DNA of 48,547 nucleotides, the filler included, from Jimgerdemannia flammicorona (taxonomy: Eukaryota), in assembly GCA_003990765.1 (NCBI GenBank). It is 2 parts of 2 records of this genome, joined end to end, with 100 filler letters (N's around TTAATTAATTAA, not from the genome) between each part and the next. Parts side by side here need not be neighbours in the genome. Positions count along the whole stretch, not along the records: positions 1 to 24,224 come from RBNJ01001004.1; 1 more part is not named here. One strand, given 5' to 3'. This document shows, in pieces, positions 1 through 12,920 of the stretch; within the stretch, counting starts at the first letter, position 1, and the number at the start of each line of letters is the position of its first letter. A program made the position numbers and the translations under genes. The notes under the pieces were generated by a model that did not search any database, had not been told where the DNA came from, and was given only the letters and a program-made list of their open reading frames with translations.

Positions 1-1315
1 GTGTGTATATTGCACTGAGAAGACTGACTTTATTTCAGAGGAAATAAGAGAGGTATTTATACAAAATATAATTCAATGGTTGCTAAGATATAAAGCTAAA
101 TATAAATTCCAATAACTAAAACTACTAAGTTCTAGGGCTGGCATTATTTAGTATCACATCAAAATACCAGTACTGGAACAATTTTGCATCACCTCAGAAT
201 GCTGGTGCTGGTATTATCCAGTGTTATATGAGAATACCAGTACTGGTATTATCCAGTGTAATAAAGAACTTAGAGCAGAAAGTTCAGGATTATGGGGGCT
301 TCATCATTATCATCACTGAAGGAGATGAGATCTGCAAATTCGTCATTTTTGTGTGCTTCGATGTTATGCAGGATGACATCATCAATGATGTCATCACGTT
401 CAGCTGTGGTGGGGAAATCGGGGACAAGGTCTGGAGCTCTCCAGTCTATGAGGTTCTCTTCTACAAAATAAGGAACAAATGTAGGGTCTTGGAGAGATCT
501 AACCTGGATACTTGGGCCTTGGAATACTGAGATCAATCCTTGCAGGAATTGATCTAGGTTGTCCTGAAGGATAGGGTGCCAGAAGTCTTCTACTTCTTCA
601 CTATTGAGGGTGATAGTGGACTGGACTTCTGTAGCCACTCTGGCTTCTAGTGCATTGATATAGTGGGATGATTGGTCTCTAAAATCTGAGACTCTAACAT
701 ACTCTAAGTTGGGGATCAACTATAGTGCATGCCTGAAGATCTGATGGATCTTCCTAGCTGTCCTTGTTTCACATATATCTATGGGAGTGGCATCTTGTAG
801 CTCTTGGGTGCTGGTCTGTGGGAACTCCTGGCAGAGGAGGTTTCCTATTTCATACTCCTGCCACATTTAGAGACATTCAGTAGCAATGGTGATCCTTGTT
901 TCTATTTTGCAATGGTAGAGGATAAAGTGATAAGGATCTGCAGTACCCAGGTTAACACTAGGAGTCCTTCTTGAGCAGGTCCTCATAGCTCTTCTGATAT
1001 CTTGGAATATTCTTTCCTCAACTAAGATACCTTGGTGATTCCTTGACCTTGAGGTTTGGTAGGTGGCAGGCATTTTGTTTGTGGTAAGTCTTTGAGCTAT
1101 TTTGGGATTGGTGGTTCTTGTTGGTTGCTGCTACTGCAGTTCCTTGATCCTTCTTTTATATTCTTCAGGATGCTTATGCTGTGGTCACAATGACTCACAG
1201 TTGGTCATCATTGCTCATCTCATATGCCATATAATCTTCTTGTGCTCCAATCTGGTGGCTTGTAAGGAAAGGCTGTCTCCTGTGCTGATGTCATCATTCT
1301 GGGGTCACCATTACA
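1..1315 (-). mobile_element. LTR of the dUTPase-bearing Ty3/Gypsy family (third copy, cut by the contig start; solo LTR or 5' LTR of another copy)
   Basis: Colinear with about 5914-7223 and about 13099-14412. Ends ...GGGGTCACCATTACA at 1315 and is followed by ATAT. No polypurine tract on its right flank, unlike the LTR at 5737-7223. Confidence 0.93.
270..1073 (-). pseudogene. LTR (U3)-encoded 267-codon ORF, copy 1, with in-frame stops
   Basis: ORFs 867..1073 and 270..719 are in the same frame. The stops at 867-869 (TAA) and about 720-722 (TAG) are CAA and TGG in other LTR copies. Confidence 0.7.
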
Positions 1316-4300
1316 ATATATAAGTAAGAATAGTTTAGTAATGAAACTATAAGCTACTAGATCTAGTGAAGCCTCTGTCACATTATTTAGATTTGAAAAG
1401 ATAATTGAAAAAATATCTAAACTCAATATTAGTGATCTCAGTATTATTATAGAACTACTACTAAGAACATCAAGTCTATCAAAAATCACAATAGATCTAA
1501 TAGTTACTCTATTAAGACTACCAGCCTACAAGCTCACTTACCTTAGTAATATTATAGAAAAATCAATTAAACTATAATCAATATATTATAATAATAAAAG
1601 AAAAACTCTAACTATCTCACCAAATAGACAACAGAGACAACAGAATGATATCAGTAAATGATAAGATAGTAGTATTGGTCAACTAAGTAGCTATACTTAC
1701 TCAAGTCCTTTATCTTAGTATTAAAATAAATAAACCTACAAAAGGTCTCTATCTTACTTTATTCAAAGACAAAGTAGACCAAGTAATAATATTTATAGAA
1801 TAAGTTGATACTAATTATTATACTAATAGTTGAAATAATAATTAGAATCTAGATAGTACTCTCAATAACAATAAGTACTATAAGATTGAAAATCTCTATA
1901 TAACTATAAGCTCATAAGTAAAAAAAGTTACTATATACTTTATAGATATAGATATCTAATTGTGGTATAATCTATCAGTATACTCTCTTACTTAGAAAAC
2001 CTATACTAAAATTAATACAAGTAAAGGAGATAATGATCACTCTGACTATAAAGTCTGCCCAGCTACTATAGGTCTAAAAGTGCTAATTGTTCAGCAGTTT
2101 CATAGCTCTGCTCACATTTCTGAAACCAGAACCAAGCTCAAAAACCTATAATTCTATAATGATAGAAAAGAAGATCTTAAAGCATTCACTACAAGACTAG
2201 AAACTCTCCTAAATACTATAAGAGTAAAATATAGTTAGTGAGGACAAACTGTAAATGGAATCTAAGCTATCTATTTCTTTAATATTATCTCTGGATAATT
2301 ATCAGAAAAAATCTTTAAATAAGGATAACTCTATAATTACTTATGAGCAATAGTATCTAAAACAAGTTATTATTAGAATATATACTATCCTTATAGCTCA
2401 AAGATTAAAAGACAACAGAAACAATAAAGAAGACAAATATTACTAATTTAAGAAAAAGTATAAATCTCAGAATGAGTCCTGAAGATTATAAAGTAGATTT
2501 AGAAAACTATCTGATAAGAAAATAGAGAAATCTATAAAGAAAGAAGTATGTTTTCACTATAAAAAGAAAGAATATATATTTTACAAATATTTCAATAAGA
2601 AGACTAATATAAACAAAAAACCATTCTTCTTATATATCATTACTATGATAGAAGATAATCTCAAAGAGATCTCTGAGAAAATTAAGATCAAGAGATTATA
2701 TATTATTATAAAGATTCCAGACAAAGCACATAAATCTAATACTTACTCTAGTATAGAAGTAACTATTGAACTAGACAAGTAAGTAACAATTAGTATAGAT
2801 ATTAGAATAGAAGTCTTTAAAGAAATCTATATATATTTTATAGAAAAGAGTAGTCTGATCAAAGAAGTGAAACTCTATATATATAGCTAGAAAAGTTATA
2901 AAATAAGGATTTAAAGGTAAGATTAAGGTCTTATTATAATACTAGATAAAAGATTGTTAAAATCATATGTGAAAAATGAATTACCTAAGCTACATATCAT
3001 CAAATTAATATATAATAACCTTAAAGTTAATAAAACAAATGAACTATCATTATCTGATAGAAGAGAAAAAGCTTTTAAATTGACAGAAAAGTATTCTGAT
3101 AAGACCAAGGAGAAGACCAAGATATAGAAGATTATCTATATTAAAGAATCTCAAGACTGAGATCAGAAATAATATTAGTATATTACTAATGAATATATTT
3201 CTATAGAATGATACTCTTATAGAATCAAGATATACTATTTTAAATATATAAAAGAATATATTATATATGTTCTCAAATTTAAGAAGTATAAGTCAACCAT
3301 ATATCTCAGAATAATAAAATAAAGAAATTAAGAATATCAATAATAAAGATAGAGAAATACAAGATTGGAAAGATAAAACTACTTCAGAAATAATTACCAC
3401 CTAATAAGAAATTAATACAGAATATATCTGTCTCTAGAAAAAATTGAAGAAAACCCTATTGAAGTTCTTATTAAAGGTAGAGTAAGTAAATACTATCTCA
3501 ATTAAAAAACTGCTGATAAATTCTACCTTAAGATACAGAAGAACTCAGAAGGAAATATCACTATATTTAGAAATAGAACAATATAGAAACTCTCCAAGAT
3601 ATGTAAGAATATACTTCTATAACTCAGAGATTATACCACAAGATAAACTTTTTATATTGCATATATATCTCCCTAGATATAACCTCATTCTCAGAAAATT
3701 CTAACTCAATTAGAAGAATCTCTATATTAATTAGTAAACCAATATAATCTCTCTAGGAGATATCAATTTATAATCTGAGTATATTAAGAAGAAATCAAAG
3801 CTTATATATGATATTATCTCTGCTATCTAGATAAAGAAGCTGATTTAAAAATTAGATCAATATATCTATATATACATATATAGTTAAGAAAATCTCAGAA
3901 GAAGATAATAAAGAACTCTCTAAGCTTCTGAAGAATGAAGATGATGAGGAAGATAATCACTAAGAACTACTTAAGAACTCTAAAAACTACTACTAGCCAA
4001 ATATAGTATTGGGACTATTTCTGATTTAAATTCTTCTTACTATAGAATCTATCAACTAGCCTAACCTAAGCTAGAGATTCTCAAGGAATAACTAGCAGAA
4101 TTAATAAGCAAAAATCTCATCTATCTATCAAAATCACTATATTATATATTAATTCTCTTTATCTATAAGAAAGATAAAAATCTTTATATATATATTGATT
4201 ACTGAGCACTCGATAAGATTATAATTAAAAACTGATATATACTTCTAAGAATTGATAAACTATTTAACTAAGTATATAAGATCAAGATTATCTTACTTAT

Positions 4301-5736
4301 TCATAAACTAAGATAAGTAATCTAAAAAGATTAACTATGAGAATAATAATAAAGATTGAGATAAAAGAAGTACAACTCCCTATCAATGATCTCTATATCT
4401 AGAAGTCTAGATAGAGTATTCATATTCTGATATAGTCTATCAGGTAACTAATCTAGTATAGGTTAGTATTTATCAAAAGAACTCAGAATAGATTGAACCT
4501 CTGGCCTGCAGACCAAAAGTTCAATATCTTAACAGAGTGACCAACTCTCTATAAAAGATCAAGAAAAATTTGAGATCTCAGCTTAAGAATCAAATTAAAA
4601 CTTCTTAATTATATAGTAAAACTGAGCTCCAAATCTTGAGATAAAAAATTTATCTCAAGAATACCCTATTTAAATAAAACTCTATAAGCTCTCTAAGAAA
4701 AAAACAGTAAAACTAAAAGTCAGTCTATTTTCCTCATATTACTGATGAGAAATAAGATATAAATATTTAAGAAGATTCTATTGAAGAAAATTCTTTAGTA
4801 GTGATTGATGTCAGAATTACTTTTGGTATATAGTATCAAATATACAACTCTTTAATATCTTTAATATATAAATTTAATATATTAGACAACTATACTATAA
4901 GTATACCACTTTCTGAAAAAAATGAATATTCTGGACTTTTGACCATCCAAATAGTGTAACAATACTATATAAAAATAAGAAAACTTAATAAGAATATTAA
5001 AAAACTGAGAAAGACTATTTAATAAGGATGTTAAATTTTAAAGAAAGAGTAATATAATGAAATTACACCCCAGCATCACAAAGGATGATATCATTAAGCT
5101 GATATCATTGAATTCATATTATCAGTAAGGTTATATGTATACTAGAAAATCCAAGAATATTAGTAAGATTATAATGATTTTATACTAATTTCAGCTCTTT
5201 TTAGCTAATAATATCATAGTAATCATACTAGTCTCTACATTAGTTTAGTATATACTCATACTGACATTATTATGAATATATCTCAGAAATAGACTAAGGA
5301 TACTAAAAATAGTATAAGACTAAATTAGTCAATATCTATATTGATGTCATAAGATAAAATAGTCTATGATATTATATATAAGAACTAGAGTATATTGAAA
5401 TTAGCTATTGATATTATTAGCTCTCTGATATCAAAAGCTAGTAAGATCTTCAAAACCAGTGACTTCATGGACTAAACTAGACCATGACAAGCTATGAAAT
5501 CATAGTTGCTATAAACTAAAATAGTTTATTTAGTAAATAAATAAAAGACTAGTAAATTGGCTCTAAGAAATGATCAACTAAATAATAGTCATATGAACTC
5601 AAAGATACTTCTTAAAAAACAAAACTAGATATAAATAAATCATGTTCTCTCTTTCTGAATATATCTATCACGTACTCTAAAATACTGTTTTTATCTATCA
5701 ACATCAGTTTATCTAGAAATATATTGATATAGATAT
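1316..5736 (+). mobile_element. Very degenerate AT-rich Ty3/Gypsy relic and other TE debris (host of the younger insertions)
   Basis: About 4190-4265 reads as eroded RT motif [24 protein letters not shown] (tatattgattactgagcactcgataagattataattaaaaactgatat...). About 2547-2590 reads as an eroded CX2CX4HX4C knuckle (VCFHYKKKEYIFYKY). Near-total loss of CpG; no long ORFs. Whether the whole span is one element is not resolved. Confidence 0.7.
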
Positions 5737-7223
5737 TGTCATGTAGTGGCTGCTGAGTCCTTCAAATATGCCAGATTCTCTTCAAGGTGTATCTCTTAGA
5801 CTAACTTAAGTTGTTATAAGCAAGTTCTTATTGGAGTGCCTTCCCAAGGTCTTATAGTCCTCAAACTTCTTATCTTTAACTGTCTTATTATCTCTTAGAT
5901 TGCTTGCAAGGAAGTATATGTATTATACTGAGAAGACTGACTTTATTTCAGAGGAAATAAGAGAGGTATTTATACAAAATGTAATTCAATGGTTGCTAAG
6001 ATATAAAGCTAAATATAAATTCCAATAACTAAAACTACTAAGTTCTAGGGCTGGCATTATTTAGTGTCACATCAAAATACCAGTGCTGGAACAATTTCGC
6101 ATTACCTCAGAATGCTGGTGCTGGCATTATCCAGTATTACATGAGAATACCAGTGCTGGAATTATCTAGTGTAATAAAGAACTTAGAGCAGAAAGTTCAG
6201 GATCATGGAGGCTTCATCATCATCATTACTGAAGGAGATGAGATCCGCGAATTCATCGTTTTTGTATGCTTTGATATTACGTGGGATGATATCATTGATG
6301 ACATCATCACATTCAGCTGTGGTGGGGAAATCAGGGACAAGGTCTGGAGCTCTCCAGTCTATGAGGTTCTCTTCCACAAAATAAGGAACAAATGTGGGGT
6401 CTTGGGGAGATCTAACCTGGATACTTGAGCCTTGGAATACTGAGATCAATCCTTGCAGGAATTGATCTAGGTTGTCCTGAAGAATAGGGTGCCAGAAGTC
6501 TTCTACTTCTTTGCTATTGAGGGTGATAGTGGACTGGGCTTCTGTAGCCACTCTGGCTTCTAGTGCATTGATATGGTGAGATGATAGGTCTCTGAAATCT
6601 GAGACTCTAACATACTCCAAGTTGGGGATCGACCATGGTGCATGCCTGAAGATCTGATGGATCTTCCTAGCTGTCCTTGTTTTGCGTATATCCATGGGAG
6701 TGGCATCTTGTAGCTCTTGGGTGCTGGCCTATGGAAACTCCTAGCAGAGGAGGTTTCCTATTTTGTACTCCTGCCACATTTGGAGGCATTTGGTAGCAAT
6801 GGTGATCCTTATTTTCATTTTGCAGCAGTAGAGGATAAAGTGATAAGGGTCTGTAGTACCCAGGTTGACACTAGGAGTCCTTCTTGAGTGGGTCCTCATG
6901 GCTCTTCTGATGTCTTGGAATATCCTTTCCTCAACTGAGATACCTTAGTGATGACCTTGAGGTTTGGCAGGCAGCAGGTATTTTGTTTGTAGTAAGTCTT
7001 TGAGCTATTTTGGGATTGGTGGTTCTTGTTGGTTGCTGCTACTATGGTTCCTTGATCCTTCTTTTATATTCTTCAGGATGCTCATACTATGGTCACAATG
7101 ACTCACAGTTGGTCATCATTGCTCATCTCATATGCTGTATGATCTTCTTGTGCTCTGATCTGGTGGCTTATAAGGAAAGGCTGTCTCCTGTGCTGATGTC
7201 ATCATTCTGGGGTTACTGTTACA
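5737..7223 (-). repeat. 3' LTR (1,487 bp)
   Basis: TGTCATG...GTTACA. On the minus strand: TATAAATA at 5967-5974 and AATAAA at 5942-5947. Confidence 0.95.
6183..6981 (-). pseudogene. LTR (U3)-encoded ORF, copy 2
   Basis: Last 170 codons are open (6183..6695). Start codon mutated to ATA at 6979-6981, a 5-nt deletion near 6952, and two TAG stops near 6730-6743. Confidence 0.7.
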
Positions 7224-7233
7224 TCTTCCTCCT
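7224..7233 (-). promoter_or_regulatory. Polypurine tract (plus-strand priming site)
   Basis: Minus strand AGGAGGAAGA immediately precedes the TGTAAC start of the 3' LTR. Confidence 0.85.
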
Positions 7234-7559
7234 AAATAAGGATCTTCCTGAGCATCCTTATTCATTGGTCCAGTCCTGAAAAATTTGCTAATCCCATAAC
7301 CTCTGGCAAGGGGTCAAAAACTGGTGTTTATGGGCTGGTGTCTTCCCTTTGTATTTTAGTATGATGGTGAAGAGTCACTCCCTTTATATAGAGCAAGAGC
7401 CTGATTCTGATCTTGACCAATCAGTTGACAGTTTGAACTCCTCTGACTGCAAAAGTCTTATGGATGAGTAGTTGCCAGTACCATATTCCTTAGAGAATGG
7501 TCCAGATAGATAGCCTGCTGGTCACGGGATATGCTGTTACGATTTGCAGACTAGAACCT

Positions 7560-10500
7560 CACAGGCAGTCATCACATTTTGCTTCTCTTGTATAGGTTCA
7601 TGGTACTTCTTGAGTCTGTTCCTATGTACCATAGTAGGCAGTATGGTCCCTGAGATTTTTTTAAGCCAGAAGATAGTTTCCTTGATATCTTGCATATAGA
7701 AGGGTCCTTCTCATTTGGGCTCCAGTTTTCGTGACCATGAGGCTTCTACCATATTTCGATACAGTAGAACCTTTTCTCCAATTTGGATGGGTTCTAGGGT
7801 CTTATGATTCTTTTCTGCATTCTTCCTTATCAGTGCTTGTGACTTGGTGATATAATCTTCAGCCTTCTTCCTGATGTAGTGTAGTCTCCAGATTTCTGCA
7901 TCAACCCATCTCTAAGTTAGGTCTAGATTTGTAGCTGAGGTTCCATTAGAATCTTCTTCTCTAAAGAGCAGCTCTCTTGGGGTAAAATGTATGCTCTGTG
8001 ACTGTATGTCTCATAGAACAGAGAGGGCAGTTGGGAGATAGTTATCCCAATTCTCGTATGTCTCTGAGATCTTTGCTAGAATGTTCTTGAGGGTCTTATT
8101 GGTTCTCTCTGTCTGTCCATTTTCTTGAGAGTGGTATATGGTGGTCTTGATGTGCTGGATCTTGTATTTCTGGTACATTATCTCATAGAATCTATTGACA
8201 AATTCTGTGCCATGGTCTGTTGTGATTTGCTTTGGTATCTTGTAGCAGCAGATGATTTCTTGGTGTAGGAAATCAGCTATAGAGAGGGCATTGACTTCTT
8301 ATAATACTCCTACCTCTATCCATTTGGTGAAGAGGTCTACAATAACTATAATATAGTGGTTTCCTGATAGTGTTACTGGTAGTGGTCCAATGATATCCAT
8401 TGCGATGTAGTGGAAGGGGATAGGCTCAATTCTTGATAATCTGAGTATCTGGTCTTACTGATCTTGTTTCTGTTTTTGGTACTTGTCACACCCTTTGACA
8501 AATTGGCACAGGTCTTCTTCTATCTTGGGCCACTACATGGTTCTTCTTGCCTTGTCATATGTATTGGTTCCTCCTAAGTATCCTTGTTCATATACTTCCT
8601 TCATTACTTGATACTTCTTGTGTTCAGGTATTACCAGCTTTCCTCCTTTTCTGAGTGTAGTGTTGTCTAATTCAAACTGTTTCTAAGTCCAGTTGATGAT
8701 GGTAATTGTCCAGGGTTCAAGGTAGTTGGGTATCTTCTGCTGCCCAAGGTAGCTGATTAATCCATAGTATAGCTCCTTATTCATGTTGAATGGTCTTGAT
8801 GGGGATGTTTCAGAGTGTCCTTGAGAGTGCATCAGCATTGGTGTTGGTCTTTCCTGAGCAGTGCTTGACAGTACAGTCATACTCTTGTAGCCTGTAGATC
8901 CATCTGGCATATATTCCTTTGGAGTTCAGAGTGTGGAATAGCTAGGCAAGAGCAGAATGGTCTGTTTGAATAGTGAAGTGTTTTCCAGCTAGGTAGTAGT
9001 GGAACTTGTCTACTGCCCAAACTACTGCTAAGCATTCAAGTTTGCATGACTTGTAGTTCTGTTCTGCTCTATGGATACCTCAGCTTGTGTAGGAGATGAC
9101 ATATTCATATCCATCTTTCTTCTGAGCTAGGACTACTCTAAGTCCTATAGCACTTGTGTCTGTCTGCAGGATGAATTCTAGGCTCCAGTCTGGTCTTCTG
9201 AGGATGGGTGCTTGGGTCAACCTGGTCTTGAGTTCATTGAAGGTTTCTTGGTGCTCCTTGGTCCATTCGAATTTGGTCTCCTTCTTCAGTAGCTCATAGA
9301 TAGGTGCTGCAATGTTGGAGTATCCTTTGATGAATCTTCTGTAGTAGCTGGCCAGTCCAAGGAAGGCATGGACTTCTGTGGTTATTCTGGGTCTTGGGTA
9401 GGCTGCAACAGCCTTGATCTTCATGGGGTCTGTGTGGATTCCAGTCTGGTTGATGAGGTGTCCTAGATAGGCAATTTTTGAGCTGCAAACTTGCATTTCT
9501 TGGGCTTGATGTAGAGGCCATGCTCCTTGAGCCTCTTGAGGGCTAGCTGTATGTGATTGACATGTTCCCATGCAGTGTTGCTGAAGATGATCACATCATC
9601 AATATAGACAAAGAGCCATTTTCCAATCTCATTGCTGAAGACTCTTTTCATCATTCACTGGAAACTTGCTGGGGCATTGTATATTCCAAATGGCATTTGC
9701 AGATAGATATAGGTGGCATCAGGTGTGATGAAGGCTGATTTCTCACTGGTATCTTGAGTGAGACCGATCTGATGAAAACCTGAGAACAGATCCAAGGTGG
9801 TGTAGTATTTGGCTTCGCTTCCAAGGGTGGTAAGGATTTCTTGAATATTTGGCAAGGGCTGCCTATCCTTCTTGGTGATGGCATTGAGTTTCCTGTAGTC
9901 AATGCAGAGTCTTGGTGCAAACTCTCCAGGCTTGCTTCCTTTCTTCGGGGCAAGGACAATGGATGAGGCCCAGGGGCTGATAGCTTACTTGATGATTCCA
10001 GCTTCTTCTATTTCCTTGAGTTTGGCTTGCAGCCACTCTCTGTAGGTAGGTGGTATGGGTCTGGCTTTCTGGTAGATAGGCTTGGTATCACCAGTGTCAA
10101 CTTTGTGGTGGTACTTGGGTTCTTGATTGTGGATATCCCTAAAGTCTGTAGCAAGTACTCCTTCATTCTGATACAGGATCTTGAGAAGTTGTTCCTCCAG
10201 AGGAAAGTTTTCTCCAATGGTATATGTGTGCTTATTCTGGTCCTTGTTTTTCTTATGCTCAAGTTCAGTAATCTTGGTGGCAGCATAGGCTCCTCTTCCA
10301 GTAGATCCAAAGCCTTGTTCTCCTCTCTTGGTCTTGATAAGTTCAGTGGCCTCTATGACCTTGGGCTTCTTGATTTCGTGGATTAGCATCTGGCCAATCC
10401 TGTCATGCTTCTTGACTTCGAAGGGGGTGGTGTGGTTGTGATTTTTGACTATGAGAAAAATCTCACCAGTATAATCAGGGTCAATTACTCCTCCTTTAAC

Positions 10501-12891
10501 TGAGATTTCACTTTTGGCCAGACTGCTCCTGGTCTTGATAATTCCTGCATGGTTTTCTGGCAACTTGACTCCAATTCCAGTGCCAAGTAGGGTGGTGGTC
10601 TGTGGTTTGAGGGTAGCATCTTGGATGCTGGCAAGGTCTATTTCTATGGCTCCTTCAGTCTTGTATTCTGGGATCTTGGCTTCAGGGTGAAACTTCTTGA
10701 TCTTGAGGGTGATGTCTGATTCTTATTCCTCCTCACCGTCACTGTCAGCTTGAAGCTCTGGGGGCTGGTCATCTTCTTCAGCTTTCCTTTTTGCTTCGGC
10801 AGCTTCTTGCTCATATTTCTGTTAGTGGATTTTCCTGACTTCACTGATACAGGACCAGCAGTCATTCAGGTGTTCAGAGCAGTATATTCTAGTACCATGG
10901 GGGCATCTTTCTTGAGGGGTATACCCATCGATGATCTTGTTATACCACTGCTCATCTGTGAGCTTGGGTGTCTTGTTCTTGTTCTTATTCACCGAGTGCA
11001 TGAAGACCTCTGTGTCTTCTTCATCTCCTTCCTCTATGTCTGGCAGAACTCCTTTGTGGACATTGATAGAAACTCATACCTTTCTTCCTCTGTAGTTGAT
11101 CTGCATCTTCTGGGCATTGAGATCAATGATGGCCTTGATCTTGTGAAGCCATTGGTTGCCAATGAGGATGTCATAGTTGGTGGCACTTGTAACAATCACG
11201 TCTACTGGGATGGTAGCTCCTCCTATCTTGATGGGGACTTCTCAGATTTTGCCAAGGGGGGTAGCTTGTGTACCATCTGCTGTAATATAGACCATCTTGG
11301 TGGACTCTTCAATGTCCCAACCTAGGCGATCAATTGCCTTCTTACTCATGAGGCATCCTCTGGCACCAGTATCAATGATGGCATCAAAGATACAGTCTTC
11401 AATCTGGCAGGGGGTATAGGCTGATGTCTTGCACTGGTCTTCAGATTCTTCACCTAAGTTCTCAGATTCTTCTTGTGCATTGTGAGCTTCTACAATCTTG
11501 TACTCTTGATTCTTGACAGTAGTTGCAAGTCCTACTCTCAACTGCTGTCTGAAGGCAGAGACTTCAGCTAGCTGTCCAAAAGTGGCATTGACCTTCTGTT
11601 CCTTGAGATCCTTGTAGATATCATACTGGTAGATCTTGGTCTTGCACAGCTTCTGTTCCTTCTTGCTCTTGCTTTCTCCTAAGACTGGAGTAGTGCCTTT
11701 AATAATTTGGCAGGCAGCCTTGTCTAACTCCATGTCTTGATCAATCTCCTTGTGTTGGGTCTTACTTTGAATAGTGATAGCTGGAGTCTTTTTTGGTCTT
11801 CCAACTAGCTTGCTGTTGCTCTTCTTGTCATAGGGCTTGGACCGGGTTCTGGTACCTTCAGTAGCAGGGTAGAATTCGAGCTCCTCATAGTATTCTTCAT
11901 CATCAGTGTCACCGATTTTCTTGATGACTACTATATTAGTTTGTTCTCTAGTTCTGCTAGCATTGCTTGGTTGGGCTTTGCATCTTGTTTCGGTCATGCA
12001 ACTCTTTGCATAGTGGCCTTCTTCTCTACATCTGAAGTATGTGATATTGCATTCTTCTATAGTAGCTGCAAATCTCTACACTGGTCTCCTGTTAGCGCTT
12101 CGGACTTCTCTAACAACATCACCAAGGGGTGCAGTCATCTCAGCAAACTACTTGGCAAGTTCTTCCACTGGGTCAGCTTTGGCTATCTTGGGGGTAGGTG
12201 GGGTTGGTTGTCTGTTTACAACTGTGGTAGGTAAAATACTAGTTGGCTTTGATGGCTCCATCTTGATGCCAGTTATTTTCTCCATTGAGTGTTCGGCAGG
12301 GTGTCTGGCTGTCCAATATCTTTATGCAAAGACCACTTTCTGATCAAGGGTCAGTGCAGCTGGGGTAGACCGAATTGCTAGGGCAATTTCAGGGTAAACT
12401 CCTTTGAGGAAGGTTGAATTCACTATTTGTTCCTTGAGGGTATCATCATAGCCAGCCAAGACAATCTGGTGACAGATTTGGGTATAGAATGAGTTGGGAT
12501 CTTCACTAAGTCCCTGGTGGATAGTATTGAGTTGATCCTTGAGAGCTTGCTTGATCTCTTCAGTATAATATGTTGTTCTGAGGAAGGTCTTCATGTTGGC
12601 AAGTTTGACTGCATCTGCACTAGCAATGGTGGCTGCATTAAACTTGTTTCTGGTAGGTCCTCTGAGACTGACTGGTAGAAGGGCCAATTGAGCATCTATA
12701 CCAAGGGCTTGTACAGCGGCAAATTGTTCAAAGTCTTCAATAAAGGTCAGGATTGACTCTTCAGTAGTATATCTATAGAATGTGGGGGGCATATTTCCAT
12801 CTTGTCTTAAATTCTTGCAGGGGTGACTCTTGTAGTCAGGGTAGTTGTTGTGGGGGTTGTTCGTTTTTCAGCTTGAAAGTGAGGGATTCAT
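7560..12891 (-). pseudogene. gag-pol polyprotein with many nonsense and frameshift lesions
   Basis: Gag 12322..12792. Zinc knuckle (C>Y)FRCREEGHYAKSC at about 11998-12040. Aspartic protease AIIDTGA at about 11365. RT motifs CIDYRKLN, LDLFSGFHQI, MPFG..NAPASFQ, VYIDDVII. RNase H LQTDTS. Integrase IAMDIIGPLP, TDHGTEF, NGQTERTNKTL and GPF motif at about 7700. No chromodomain seen. Confidence 0.93.
10295..10713 (-). other. Trimeric-type dUTPase domain within pol
   Basis: All five motifs readable in frame with downstream pol: GA(IE)IDL, IKTRSSLA, GGVIDPDYTGEI, DRIGQM, RGEQGFGSTG. Confidence 0.93.
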
Positions 12892-12920
12892 CTTGAATCA
12901 CCAACCAATGGACACTAAGT

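Noticed and set aside
12885..12920. Primer-binding site (minus strand TGGTGATTCAAG... about 17 nt from the LTR, or Tf1-like self-priming)
   Set aside because: Could not be matched to a tRNA 3' end or to the transcript 5' end by eye; needs the organism's tRNA set and a de-mutated consensus.
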